A stretch of 60,900 bases of DNA, counting the filler, from Sphacelaria rigidula (Eukaryota), in NCBI GenBank assembly GCA_964200075.2. It is 10 parts of 10 records of this genome, joined end to end, with 100 filler letters (N's around TTAATTAATTAA, not from the genome) between each part and the next. Parts side by side here need not be neighbours in the genome. Positions count along the whole stretch, not along the records: positions 48,801 to 54,800 come from CAXNAA020022906.1; positions 54,901 to 60,900 come from CAXNAA020022907.1; 8 more parts are not named here. The stretch is one strand, 5' to 3'. The notes beneath the pieces are model-generated. The model made no database searches, was not told the origin of the DNA, and was given only the letters and a program-made list of their open reading frames with translations. This document shows positions 48,801 to 60,900 of the stretch, piece after piece. A program made the translations under genes and the position numbers. The stretch's first letter is position 1, and every line of letters begins with the position of its first letter.

Positions 48801-50415
48801 CTCAAGGCAGTGTGGGGGATGCTCCCACAAAAACCCCCCATCAACTTGGCGCAGTACACGCGCCGCCCTGCTCCTGAAAGCTTCGGCCCTAGTCAGGATG
48901 CTGATGTGAAGTGGAAGTCCCACTGCGGTCAGAGCCGCACTCCCGGCAGTGGTGGTTTCGCCTTCCCCCCCTGCCTCCGCGTCCTCTTCCCGATACGTCA
49001 CTGTGAGATACATCTCGAGCTATGGCAGACAAGGCATGGCTAGTCGGAGAGTCTATCCTACTGCTCGACAGTTCCAACTCTGCATGGGCAGGTTTTACCG
49101 CACGGTGTAGGGTTCCCGAGTCGATATTCGACATGGCAAGAAGGATTCCCCTCTGAATTTGGTACTCAGATGACAGCCTGCGTGCGTAATGCCTATTGGC
49201 ATCAGACTCCGAAATCACGTGACCAAAGTGATGTTTTTTCTGGCGGATCAAATTCGCCCTGTTCAGAAAGACCAAAAGGCTTTGACCTGGGGATATCTGT
49301 AGGCATGACCATTCCTGCTTAAGACGCGCTTTCTCAGTGGTGGGCGAAACGGTATAGTACTGAACGAAATATTCCCAAGACTCACTAGGCGAACCAAGCA
49401 TCGCAAGTTTTCTACCATTACGGGAGCGGTGATTTTGTCGAGGAGTACATCGTGGGCCCGTTGAGCTTACTCTACTGCCCTGAAACCATGTTGCCTTACC
49501 ATCTCTTCTTCTCTTCCATGAAACACTCGAATGGGTTCCTGAACAAACAGTGCATCATGTCATTTCTCGGCACGAAAATACCCGATCATCTGCACTTACT
49601 CGAAACACACGGAACTTGGACTCCAAATTTTCCCGTGCTTTTACTGTACCGTTCCATGGGTGAATACTCGTATTATTGCGTACTCTTACAAAGTTCGGTG
49701 GGGCACGTTGCCCTCCCGTGAAGTTATCGCTTCGGAACTCATGAAAAACGTGGATTGCTCTCCTGGTCGCGTTGTGTTGTACGCACCGGGGGATTACCTT
49801 GTGCGCCTGCGCTCAAATGCATGCTCCTATCTCTTTCGTACTCTGCAATAGCATCGCGTTTTGTGGCCTCGATCAGTTCTGCCTGTGTTTCTTCCATGAT
49901 ACATAGTTTTGCGGTCTGCTCTACCTCCATACGCCTGAGCTTTTCCGTTAACTCTTCAGTGCTGTACTTCATATTAGCCATGGATCGACTTTTATTATCT
50001 CCTTCTGTTACTTGTTGAATTGTTTGTCTCAAACTCTTCTTGACCTCCCACTTGTTGACTCCCTTCCTAGTTGACTCAAGCGCACTCAGATGCTGCTCTG
50101 TTTCTCAAACTGTAACAAACGCTAACTGCGTAACGCTCTGTGAAGGCTCAAGCGCTATGAAGTGCTGCTGAATTTTGCCTCTGACCGTAACAAACGCTAA
50201 TTGCATGACTCTCTTTGAAGGCTCAAGCGCTAACAAGTGCTGCTGTATCTTGCCTCTGGCTGTAACAAACACTAACTGCGTGACTCTTTTTGAAGGCTCA
50301 AGCGCTAACTAGTGCTGCTGTATCTTGCCTCGAGCTGGCTCAAGCGCTATTAAGTGCTGCTGAATATTGCTCAAACTCACTTCTTACTTCCCTGCTATTC
50401 TGGCTACTGTCAACC
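48801..50415 (-). mobile_element. Ty1/copia leader and degenerate gag
   Basis: SPSESWEYFVQYY..EKARLKQEWSCLQISPGQSLLVFLNRANLIRQK..FGHVISESD..ARRLSSEY is copia gag (Retrotran_gag_2/UBN2-like), followed by an RG-rich stretch; coiled-coil N-terminus at 49739-50032. Confidence 0.8.
50070..50365. repeat. Tandem repeat of ~75 bp (about 4 copies, last one shortened) in the copia leader
   Basis: ggctcaagcgcta..agtgctgctg..ttgcctc..gtaacaaacgctaa recurs at about 50075, 50145, 50220, 50295 and 50337. Confidence 0.85.
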
Positions 50416-50949
50416 TGTTTCAAACTCGGTAGCGTATTAGATACAGGACTATCCCGTAGGGGACGCGCTCTGGACAGGGGAATGTGTATACCTTCTTGTA
50501 TTATACTCTTTCAACCTTTACTCACCACACATCAATCGTGCAAGCTCCACCCGAGCTACTTTCTCCACCCAAAATGCAATGCTTAAAATGCACCCTAAAA
50601 CACAACTGAGAACGGTAGGGTATTCCGTGGCCCGTGGCGAAGGATAGATAGTTTTATCTCTTGTATTATTGGAGAGTGCCTACACTGAGTCGACCCTATG
50701 ACTGAGGGATCAGATGTTGAGTGGGCTCAGCAGGCAGTGTCGCAGCTGCCATGAGCAGGGTGCTGTATTCACATACACTCGACTACCAGTACCCGCACGT
50801 CCGCATTAAATCTATCCGCACATGTGCATGTTCACTCAGTGTACCTGTTCACATGAATACCCCCTCTGAACCGATACATCAGTCGTCGTGGCTTTCTCTC
50901 TCTCAAAAAACAAAGTTTCAAGGGGGAAACCCGGCCATCCGGGAAAACA
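50416..50949 (-). mobile_element. Putative 534-bp LTR
   Basis: Inverted termini TGTTT...AAACA. On the minus strand it is preceded by a polypurine tract TTGAGGGGAGG (50963-50953) and followed by GGTTGACAGTAGCCAG and the gag leader. Confidence 0.6.
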
Positions 50950-51179
50950 AAACCTCCCCTCAACAGCTTGTGCTTCATCTAGATAATCCATGGACGCCGG
51001 TCAAGGCAGATACACGACAAATCAGGAAACGCCCTACAGAACCCATGCCCCTCAAAGTAGCGTGGGTGGCTTAACCCAAAATGCGCATAAATGCATCACT
51101 TGAACATGTATAAATACCCGGCACGAGCACAATGGTAAACACAAAAGACGTACCTACTTGTCACCTTCCAAGTTCATAA

Positions 51180-54100
51180 AAAACGTCGGTGCCTCGTAAA
51201 CAGGCTGATCGAAAGAGGCATCGTTCAAATATCTGCATGCTGCCATCCTGAGCCTACATATACAACCCTGACCATTCCCGTCCCCACCAGCTCTCGAATG
51301 AAGTGATATCTCACGTCTATATGCTTACTCCTCTCGGAACTGAGAGGATTTCGGCCAGAGCTTTTGCTCCCTCGTTGTCCTCGTACAAAACAATACCTTG
51401 GTTTTCCCCACTTCCCGACACAGTCTGCGGTCGCAAGAACGTCAACACTGCCTTCACAAACAATCCCTCCTTTGCCCCCTCGGCCATTGCAACGTATTCT
51501 GCCTCCGTAGTTGACAGAGTTACGCAGTGTTGCGTGCGGCTCGTTGCCGACACTACCACACCACCGTACATCACGGCTACCCCTGAGACCGAACGCCTAT
51601 CCGTTTCCTTCCTGGCATAATCTGCATCGCAATAGAGTGAAAGCCGATCATGAGCTTTCTTGAACGTAAGTCCGAAACCCTTCGTCTCATTTAGGTACTT
51701 CAGCACTTTCATAACAGCTTCCCAGTGCCTCTTGCATGGGTCATGCGACTGCCTAGCAAGCGCTCGTACCGAATTCGCGATGTCGGGTCTGGTGACTGTT
51801 GCCAGCCATATCAAGCCCCCTACTGCGTTACGGTATGGGCGATTCACTTTTTTTCTTCGCCCGTTGTCGGCCCCAAAGTTACAGAAACAGAGGCAGGGGT
51901 TTCCGAGTACCCCCTCACCTCAAAACGCTTCGGGAGCGCGTCCGTGAACGTGGTTTGCGTTAGAGACAGCGTGACTCTATCCCAGTCTCTATCCACTGCG
52001 CACCCCATGTACCAGGTTACCTCTCCGAGATTGTTCGTGGGGAACTTTTTGTTAAGGATTTGGCCCACCTTTCCTACATACTCCTCAGGACCACTGATAA
52101 GGATGCGTCCACATGGACAACCAAAATCACACGCACGTCTACAGCATCCTCCGTCTTGAAAACACAAGGATCAGCCTCACACTGCATCATCCCGACATCC
52201 TCCACTAAAGTTTTACACAGAAGACGAGACCACTGCCTGCCCGCTTGCTTGATCCCGAAAATAGATTTTTCAAGCTTCACGGTCACGTCTATCAGAACGG
52301 AGCACCCTTCAGGCAATCTCATGTACATTTCAGTATCCATTTCTGCTTGGACAAAAGCTTGTATTACATCAAAATGGTACAGCGGCCACTCTTCCTGAAC
52401 TGCCACTGCCATGACCAGTTTGATGGAGGCCATGGAGGGCGTTGCCGCGAAAGTCTCAAAATAGTCGACTGCAAAACGTTGTCCAAAACCTCGCGCTACC
52501 AACCTTGCCTTTGCCTTCGTTACAGTACCATCTGCGTCAGTCTTCCAACTAAAAGCCCAATTCGCTGAAATCACGTTTGCTGCTTCCGGTACAGGGCCAG
52601 TCGAAAATATTCCAGCCTTTTCGTGACATCCTAGCTCGGCCTGCATCGCGCCCAACCATGCCTCTCGAAATTCTGACATGGCAATGTCATCCATACTGGT
52701 TGGTGCTGCCTCTATTTCGCTTAAGTGTAGACCAACTGGTGAACGCAAACCAAATTCAGGCCGCCCTACCCTGTTTTCCTCAGTGACAAAACAAAGAAAC
52801 TCATTTTCAGCTAACTCGTGTTAAGTCGAAACCATCGCGTGTTGCCCAGCCACCTGTCCTGCTGCCGCGTTGATCAGCTCCATGGTTGAGCATTTGTCCT
52901 CCGCCATTCCCGCCAGCGCCGTCTCCGCTTCCTTCTTGCTTTCCTCCGCTCCGCCAGCCACCAGCGTGTCGTCTCGTGCGTGCGCCGATCCCCATTGCCT
53001 CGCGCGTTTGGCTCCTCGTACGCCCCGCCCTTCGTGTTGATACCCTGTCAGCCCACGCAAGACGGCGTTGCTCGGTCCTCGGGAGTTGAGGAGCGTCGCC
53101 GCCCCCCCCGCCATCTTGCGAGGGACCTGTGGAAGAGGGTGACAGTGCCGGCAATGAGGCAGTGTCCGATGTCGATGTGAGCGTCGGCGTAGGTGTCGGC
53201 GTCTGCGTAGGTGTTGGGGTCTGCGCTGGTGTCTGCGTCGGCGTAGGTATCGGCGTCTGCGCTGATGTTGGCGTTGATGATGATGATGATGATGCTGCTG
53301 ATGATGATGGCGACTCCTGCTCCACCTCACCCCCTCCGTTGGCAAAATCTGGAACGGGGCTCTCTGGTCTCACCACGCCTTGCCCCTCCCCCTCGCGGGG
53401 ACGGTGAAGGCACTTCGCCCTCTCCACTACTGACGGAGATCTGCCGTGCTTCTCCGCCCCTCTCACCAACGGACCTCGGCGGGGAGGACGGCGCGCTTGA
53501 GGAACCGTTGGGCGAAGTGTCTACTGCCGAGCTTTCCGTCCTGTATTCACCCACATCCTGGCCTTGATCGACGCTGGAATCCTTCAGCTCGCCCGGCGTC
53601 TGGATCGCTTGCTGTAGTGTGCGGGGGGGGGCAGCGGACGTACGTGTCCATGTTACATGTCTTGTCACGGAGATAGTTCCTCGTACAGTCAGAACTCGCA
53701 TCGCGTCACGCGGGTAGCCCTCGGCTGGGCTCAAGTACCAGCATTTTTCGGCATTCGGCTGTAACTTATTCGTCCGCTTCCTCCTACAAAAACCAGGCTT
53801 CAAGAACGGAATGAGATCACCTTCCGGTGGTGATCCATACGACATCTCATGCGGTGATTTGTGGTGCGGGTTAGCCGAGGTAGCGCAGTTCAGGGCGTGA
53901 CACGCCCAGTTCGCCTGTTCAGCCCACAGGCTGTCACCATTTGGGATGCGCTCGTCGGGGTACAGCTCAGATGCTTGGAGTCTGGCCGCAAGGCCTGCTG
54001 TTTCGATGATACCCAACGCTCGCTCTGCAACACCGTTGAACTGGGGTGAGTCAGCAGTTGTCTTCTCCTGCTTGATTTTTTCCCTGTCGCACAGTTTACC

Positions 54101-54800
54101 AAATGCACCCTCCGAAAATTCACCCCCGTCATCGCTACGGACTCTCTCAATTTTTCTCGGAGAGACCCATGCAATGTATTTCGCGAAGTATCTCTCTGCC
54201 TCATTCTTCTTACGGAGGAAAGACAGCTTTGTGTGCCGCGAGTGATCATCTCGGACAATCATCGTGTACGACTTTCTCCCGTTAGACTTGACTGGTTTCG
54301 GCCCGGAAAGATCTACAAACACCCTAGACGCTGACTTAGCTGCTCTCGTGTGCGTCGATCTTAGAATCGGTGCCCGCAGTCCCTTCGCCTCTGAGCAGCC
54401 GCGGCAGGACTGCAGCTCCCCAGCCAGCCGCTTGCCCTGCTGCTTCGCCGTCTTCCTCAGTAAATCCCCGTGAACGTGAGCGTGGGAACAGTGGAACTCG
54501 GTGATGTCAGCGGTCTGGGGGCTAGGCGGTGCCCCCGGGGCAACAACAGCATATTATGCCGAAGCACACTTGTCACTACCACTTTGATCGAGGCGGCGGG
54601 CGTACATTCCAAGTTGACGTGGTTGTCCGGGTATTATCAGTGCATTTCCTGAATTGAGATCTACCCTGAAACCTGTACGAAAATCAGTGTAGATGTGTCC
54701 CATGTGTTGGACCCTCGTGAGTGACAAGAGGTGATGACGGACACCAGGTACATTGTCAACATCCACTAGTTTTAGGATTACATCCTGTCCGTCAGATCTG
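51180..54800 (-). mobile_element. Ty1/copia pol (protease end, integrase, RT, RNase H), frameshifted
   Basis: HCSHAH..CRGC zinc motif; VFVDLSGP, VRSDDGGEF, PQFNGVAER (integrase); KARLVARGFGQ, FGIKQAGRQW, ILVVHVD (RT); YCDADYA..DRRSVSG, LSTTEAEY, YEDNEGA, HIDVRYHFIRE (RNase H). INT-RT-RH order is copia. Confidence 0.96.
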
Positions 54801-54952
54801 NNNNNNNNNNNNNNNNNNNNNNNNNNNNNNNNNNNNNNNNNNNNTTAATTAATTAANNNNNNNNNNNNNNNNNNNNNNNNNNNNNNNNNNNNNNNNNNNN
54901 GGTGTGGGACGTGGGTGGCGGGTGGGGGATGGGGGGGGCGGGGGAGGGGCTA

Positions 54953-54995
<43 letters not shown>

Positions 54996-56360
54996 ATGAT
55001 TCGATAACACAATACTACACAACAATCCGACGATGGCTGGACGCAAAAGTAGGTGAACATTCTCAAACATTCCTTCTCGTAGCTTATTCCTCATCGAGTG
55101 CGGTGTGAACATGGCTCACAAGAAAACGTTCCAAGGGAGTAACAGGGATGGACCGGGGACCTGTATGTAACAGGGATGGAGCGCCTCTTACTGATGCACA
55201 AGCAAGTAGTCTGAGCATGAACATTCGGACATGGGAGTACAAAAGAATCGTGATATGTACGATCACGGATCAAAATTCGACATCTGGATAACGACTGACA
55301 AGAAAACTGGATACTTGAAGAGGCGGAAGTGACATATACACAAACGTACGATCTCAACAGTCGTCATGGACGTTGAATTCGAGCCATATTTCACGCCACA
55401 GAGGAATTGAAAAAAAAAGTACACAGCAACGACCCCTTCTGTTTTCTTGACATTCCTCTGATATCGTTTTACTGTGTTTTATTTTGGAGTCTCCGAAGAA
55501 GCCGCTCAATAAGGATCCTTCTTCAAGAAGGGCATTTCCTTTTGTTTTCAAAATCTCCTTTTCGAAAAACCACCCCTGATTGGTCGCTGCGATACTCCCC
55601 CCCCCCAAAAAAAAACAATGCCCAAAACGTGCACAGATATCCCCTCTTTTGGGGCGATTTCAGGAATTGCAAAAACACCTCCCGAAATCCCCTTTTCAAA
55701 AAGGGATTTCCAGACACCTCGCAGGGGACCATACACATCCGGTTGAAAAAGGCACATGTAAATGCTCACCACACAACCCAACACAATCAGAGCTAAACCT
55801 GAGGAGCTTGGTGGTCCCGCAAACCAAGAACTCACAGCTCGAGCCGTATTTTCTCACCAGCTGTGCACGTCGTGCGTGAACTTGCACAAATCTGTTCAGA
55901 ATTCATCGAGAAATGATGATTTGTGCGAGACGCGCGCACAGCACACGCTGATCAAACGGTCAGCAACGACACGTGTTCGGTTGTTTTTGACACGCACGCG
56001 GCCGACATTCGTCCAATACAGAACGGATTTCCGTACTGCCGAGTGTAGATTAGCGAGGGCTAGCGCGGAAAGTACACAGACCTTGGACTCAAGACACCAT
56101 CTCCAGACGCGCCGTATTTCTGAACCTGCGTGCAGATCTGGGGTTCGGTTTGTCCAAGACTGCTTCCCGATAGGACCCAGGACTGGTTGTTACGGGGCCA
56201 ATCCCTCATCAAGAGGGGATTGTGGAAAAGGGCAAAATACCCTTCGATAAGAAAGGCCCTAAGCGCTTCTATCTCGTGTAAGGAATAGTGGTGACGGCTC
56301 TGGAAAGGCGAGCCAACGTCTGAGACCACGGGTTCGAGAGATTGGGCTAATATGCAGACA

Positions 56361-56367
56361 CACTACC

Positions 56368-56435
<68 letters not shown>

Positions 56436-56458
56436 TTCTACTTCTACTTCTACTACTA
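56361..56458. repeat. (CAC)n(TAC)n(TTCTAC)n microsatellite
   Basis: Read directly from the sequence. Confidence 0.95.
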
Positions 56459-56665
56459 TCACGTAAAACATACCATCGCCAGAAGTACAAATCACACAAT
56501 ACACACAAGAGCGCAAACAAAATACATACCACAGCCTCTTGAACGGAGTGAACGAAGAAATCTCTCGAGAGATAGATACCACTCAAACAACACACGTACA
56601 CTTGAATACGCATGAATACACACAAATACACGAAAACACACAAAGTCACATACACACACACACAC

Positions 56666-56863
56666 CTGGCAGCAGTAAGTCTTGAACAGTCTATAGTCTT
56701 CCGAGTTGACCCCACCCATGGCATCCGCCATCTCGCGGGTGAAACGGAAAGGCGGGGCCATGGGCTTGGGTTCCCTGCCGAAAATGTACCCAAAATCGAT
56801 GTGGAATAGGTTTCCCGCAGGCAGCAGCATGATGTTGTCCAAGTGCCGATCACCGATGCCCAG
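56666..56863 (-). CDS. VPS34: Class III phosphatidylinositol 3-kinase Vps34, catalytic-domain exon
   Basis: ttcag|LGIGDRHLDNIMLLPAGNLFHIDFGYIFGREPKPMAPPFRFTREMADAMGGVNSEDYRLFKTYCCQ|gtgt. It has the DRH and DFG motifs and the short Vps34-type activation loop GREPKPMAPP. Confidence 0.92.
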
Positions 56864-57261
56864 CTGAAAGTATGCACAAGGGAGCGGTATGATGCACGGG
56901 GGCGGGAAAGGAGTAGAGATTTGGGGGGAAAAGGCGGGTGATGCACTGGATCGATCTCAATATGCAGTCGCCGCTCCTCAGTCGCCTCACCAAACCGGTA
57001 AACCAATAGCCAGTGTGGGTTAAAGGTCAAGGGTTTGGACCTCGAACTGGACGTTTTTCTTCTTCGACCAGAATCTTGTTGCCATGGTTGACAACTTGAG
57101 GTTGTGAGTGGCGTGGAATTCTTTTTTCCGGCAAGAGTCAACGCGGTGCGGAACTGGTCATCATCCAAGTCGTGATACCAAAAATGTCAGGCATGTACCA
57201 GGGGCGGGGATGGGTTGAGGATTCCCTGAAGCATGGATTTCGTCTTTTGGAAGGGTAAGAG

Positions 57262-57835
57262 GGTGTACTCATGATCATGCATGCCATAGTCGTCAGAAGG
57301 ATCATTGATCTCGCACGCCTACAATGCCGGGACGGAGCACACCGGATTTTCGCCGGACCAGGCTCGCACTCAATCACCAAGCGCGAAGCGCCGTGGTGTG
57401 CTCGCTGAGTCGCATGAAGGGTGAGCTGCACCCAGCTAAGCTTGTTCGGCCCGAGGCCTAGTGATTATCTTGCATTTGGATGACAGCTTCCGATGAGTTG
57501 CTTTATTTTCTGGTATAGCCACTTCCAGAGACAGCCACATCTTATACACTGCCTCATGGGTGCCTCACCATGTCAACACTACGTAGTACTGTCATCCCCA
57601 TTGTGCGGAGTTGAGGTTCTCCCACGCCGCACAACATGATCTGGCTTGACCACCATCACGGTTATCGCAAAAAAAACGCAAGGGCGCGCAAAAAAACGGT
57701 AATCTGGTTGCCTAGCTTACGCAGTGAGTGGCGTGTTTTATAGCGCAATCGTCAACCGACGCCAACCCCATCGGGGTCCGCCCCTACAAAGCCGGGACGA
57801 AGCACGCCGGATTCTCGCCGGACCAGGCTGGCTCG
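57262..57835. repeat. Unclassified interspersed repeat fragments
   Basis: 57265-57340 matches 42529-42600, and cctacaa.gccgggacg.agcac.ccggatt.tcgccggaccaggct occurs at 57317 and 57783. Confidence 0.65.
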
Positions 57836-58961
57836 GGGGGTTGAAAATGTGAAGGAAAAATAGGGAAAAGGGGGAAAAAGAGAAAATGCGTAGAATGACC
57901 AATAACTGCACATGTGCAAGAACAAAGAACAAAAAAAAAATGACGTGATACACATGGAGCGGACCCATGGACAGCGGACACGCTCTTACAGCTTCCATCG
58001 TACTCATCCACGACTGTGGGCGCGAGGGTGGATACGGTAGCACCTTACTCTATGGGGGGTTCCACAGGACGGCTCATTAATGACCAACTAACCAATCGGA
58101 CAATCAACATCAACAGGGGTCGGGTGTGCACCGCAATACTAGCACGACGAGCTGGAGGCGGCAACCGATGTTAAGGCAAACACGTTCCAGTACAGGACAC
58201 GCGTCGACGCCCTGGCAAAGCAATGTTCTCTAAACCGTGTGTAAAGCCGAGCTACTCATCGGCATCGGCACTGTCAACACAGATTCGTTTTCCCAAGAGA
58301 CCTTCAACGACCAGGCCACCGGAATCTCTCGTAAGGTACGCACGAGTATATCTCTCTACATATAGCACATTTTCCTCCGATTTTCAAGCGGTCGCGAGTC
58401 CTTCGAACAGCGTGCGCATTTTTCGACCTGCACGCTCGTTCTCCCTACTTTTACTGGAATTATATTTGTACTCTGATGATCATTATCGGCGGAGAGAAAC
58501 TCCAACTCTGACGGCTAAACTAACCTTTGGACATACCTCATGTGCGTTAGAAAGTGCTTTGTCGAAAGACGTTGAATAAAGAGGCTAACGGGTACTGGTA
58601 CTTATATTTGTGACGTTATGGCATGAATTCAGCAGGGCTTCACCACATGACACACACCACATGATACACACACATACGCACACGTGAAGCAAGGAAAAAT
58701 AAACAGTCTGATTCAAGATTTTTTGTTCAAGTCTCTTTTTGAAATACCAGGTAGGTGATGACGCAATAGCCGGCGGTACTCTTCACGAAAGTCTGCACGG
58801 CTGACGGACGCACGCCATTTGGTGCCGTGGGATCCGGATTGTGATGCCGAAGATACCTGTCGCCCGGAGTAATGAGTTTTTCGGCGATGTATTAGAGAAG
58901 CACAGCAGCAGACACGAAAAAAAAATGAAATATCAAACAATTAATTTATTCGGAAGGGACA

Positions 58962-60900
58962 CACATTAGGCAAGATTGTTCAAGGTAGGGAAAACGCCGG
59001 GCTAACAACGTACTGTTTTTTTCCGCACGTACCGAAGGGCTATGACCTGTGCGGAGAAATGGGGCTGTGGATGTGGAAAACTGGCGGGAGAGGGAAAATG
59101 TGGACAAAAGTGAACATGACAGAACACTCGAAAAGTGCTATGATGCTCGACGGGGAAATATTTGGGGAAAAGTTATGTCTTACAAGGAGTTGCACAAGGA
59201 CGTACGTTATCATCCACTCGATCCAAACTATTTATTGATGACCTCAAAATAGTAATCGAAGCAGCGAAGCAAGGAGTCAAGGTGGGGGAAGACACATTAT
59301 CAGGGTTGATGTTGCCGGATGGTTTCGTGGGGATATCAGAAAAACCAGAAGGATTGCAGAAGCAATTACAGAAGGCGGTGGAGTACACGAGGAAATGGAG
59401 AGTGACAGCGAACGTGAATAAATGCGCGGCACTTGTATAAAACGGAGATATGAAGAATCCGGTAAAGTTCATAAAAATGGGGAGAAGAGAAATTGCCGAT
59501 CGTACACCAGTATACATATCTTGACGTGAAACTCCAAAAAAACTCTTCGCGGGATGCACACGTACATCAAGTATAGAAAAGGGTAAGGCACAGATAGGCA
59601 GGATGGACGTGATTCTAACAGACTCTCGCATCTCGCTACTAGGATCAAGAGATGTATCCTTATCAGAGGTGTCTCAAACTCGGTTCCCGGTTTCCTGGTT
59701 TATTCACTGGCTCTGAGTTGTGTACTATTTTTTCAAGTGAAAGTGATCGCGATTCATAGGAGAACCTGACCTGGCGGTCAGAGGGTCTCATCATCTGATG
59801 CATCGCCATCACTTTCACTTGAAAAAATAAAACAAAACAAACCAGGATACCGGGAACCGAGTGTGAGATACCTCTATCAATGTGATTGTGCCAAAGCTGG
59901 AATACGCACGAGAAATGTGGGAAGGGAGCGTGAAGTTGGTGAAGAAGTGGAAATACTACAAACTACAGAAGCTAGGAAAATTACTTGGATGCTCAAGAAC
60001 GACGAGTAATACAGCATTGAGAGCAGAATTGGGAATGTACCCACTTGAAACAAACAGAGACATGAGTAAAATTGAAATGGCAATATAGCGTGAAGAACAT
60101 ACCAAAAAGGAGATTGTCAGCCATCATCGATGGGGCAGTATGGAAGAAAATAGCAAAAGGGCAGGCTGGAATACAGTGGGATAGGGTAGTGGAGACAGTA
60201 TGGAAGAAGAGAGGAGAAGAAACAAAGACGAGATACTGTCCATAGGTGAATGCGGCGGGTACAATACAACAAAGATTTGACATAAATAAGAGGAAAAGAA
60301 GCACTAAGACGGAAAGTAGACGATGAAGAACACCTCAAGATACACGGCGGGTTGAGAGAGGGGATAGGAATGAAAACATATCTGCATGGCCCAATGGACC
60401 CCGCGGAAAAGTTGAAACTGCGATTTCGGGTGGGGGACTTGGACTCGCCAGAGAGAAGAACGAGATATACCAGTAGTCGAGTGGAGGAGGAAGTAGATGC
60501 TCAGAAGTGCCCCTGTGGCAAAGCAATAGAAATCAGAGATCATATAGTGGCAGAATGTGAACTATACAAGAAGGAACCGGACGTGTTGGAGGAGGAAATA
60601 TGGGAAGCAAGCGAAGGTGGAATGGGATCGTTTGATGCATAGCATAGACATTAGGGAGAACACGATGGCTATACTAGGAGATAGATGGTGGCCATAAACG
60701 GCGAAACAGGACGGGGCTAAGATAGGTAAAAGGATTATATGTAGTGTATAGAAGGAAGGCTATAAGCGCCCAAATGTTGGAGGTGTCTCTATCAGGAGTA
60801 GGAACGGTGCTCCGTCTCGAAAGGGATGCGTGGTCAATGGTCAAGTGACTAACGCGAGCGACAAACGACTACGCCCCCGCCCCTTCCTCTCCTCTCAGAG
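58962..60900 (+). mobile_element. 5'-truncated degenerate copy of the LINE family (RT to 3' end)
   Basis: LQGVAQGRTLS, LSGLMLPDGFVG, TALRAELGMYPLE, KTYLHGPMDPA..CPCGKAIEIRDHIVAEC; collinear with the reverse complement of 24401-26020. Confidence 0.92.
59665..59875. mobile_element. 211-bp hairpin MITE inserted in the LINE, with a 3-bp ATC duplication
   Basis: TIRs of about 37 bp, AGAGGTGTCTCAAACTCGGTTCCCGGTTTCCTGGTTT / AAACCAGGATACCGGGAACCGAGTGTGAGATACCTCT, plus an inner inverted repeat TATTTTTTCAAGTGAAAGTGAT / ATCACTTTCACTTGAAAAAATA. Removing it restores the LINE frame RCILINVIVPKLEY. Confidence 0.9.

Noticed and set aside
52807..53469. Separate mucin-like TP-repeat gene
   Set aside because: It is the low-complexity linker between integrase and RT of the copia pol, split by frameshifts.
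56347..57168. 273-aa ORF and overlapping poly-Tyr/Val/Ser ORFs
   Set aside because: Shadow frames over the Vps34 exon and a microsatellite.
1..60900. Fanzor/TnpB, Cas, retron, Argonaute or viral hallmark genes
   Set aside because: I looked for RuvC, HNH, PIWI and capsid-type motifs in the ORF track and found none. The only RTs are of LINE and copia type.

Overview
The window is not one locus. It is ten unrelated 6,000-nt pieces joined by artificial 100-nt N spacers carrying TTAATTAATTAA (stops in all six frames) at 6001-6100, 12101-12200, 18201-18300 and so on, so nothing can be inferred across pieces. The DNA is eukaryotic, roughly balanced in GC, with short exons, long GT-AG introns and many repeats. 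It looks like a brown alga or related stramenopile (inference from gene structure and style, not a database result). Partial spliced genes recognised: acetyl-CoA transporter (SLC33A1/AT-1 family), an annexin with at least six repeats, presequence protease PreP (M16C), PRP38B, one Vps34 kinase-domain exon, one bZIP exon and one orphan acidic terminal exon. Most of the rest is transposon-derived: a degenerate APE-RT LINE family (several copies), a tRNA-derived SINE with a (CA)n tail (6 copies), tandem Ty1/copia units apparently sharing one LTR, TTAA-flanked piggyBac-like elements and several hairpin MITEs. I found no cas, TnpB/Fanzor or other recognisable effector gene. The least explained structures are (i) a strictly 42-bp-phased array of a palindromic CAATATATATTG-N6-CAATAT motif with highly variable spacers inside a TIR element (28977-29919), and (ii) an unclassified repeat with a decayed ~2.1-kb reading frame plus a 43-bp palindromic array in piece 2.
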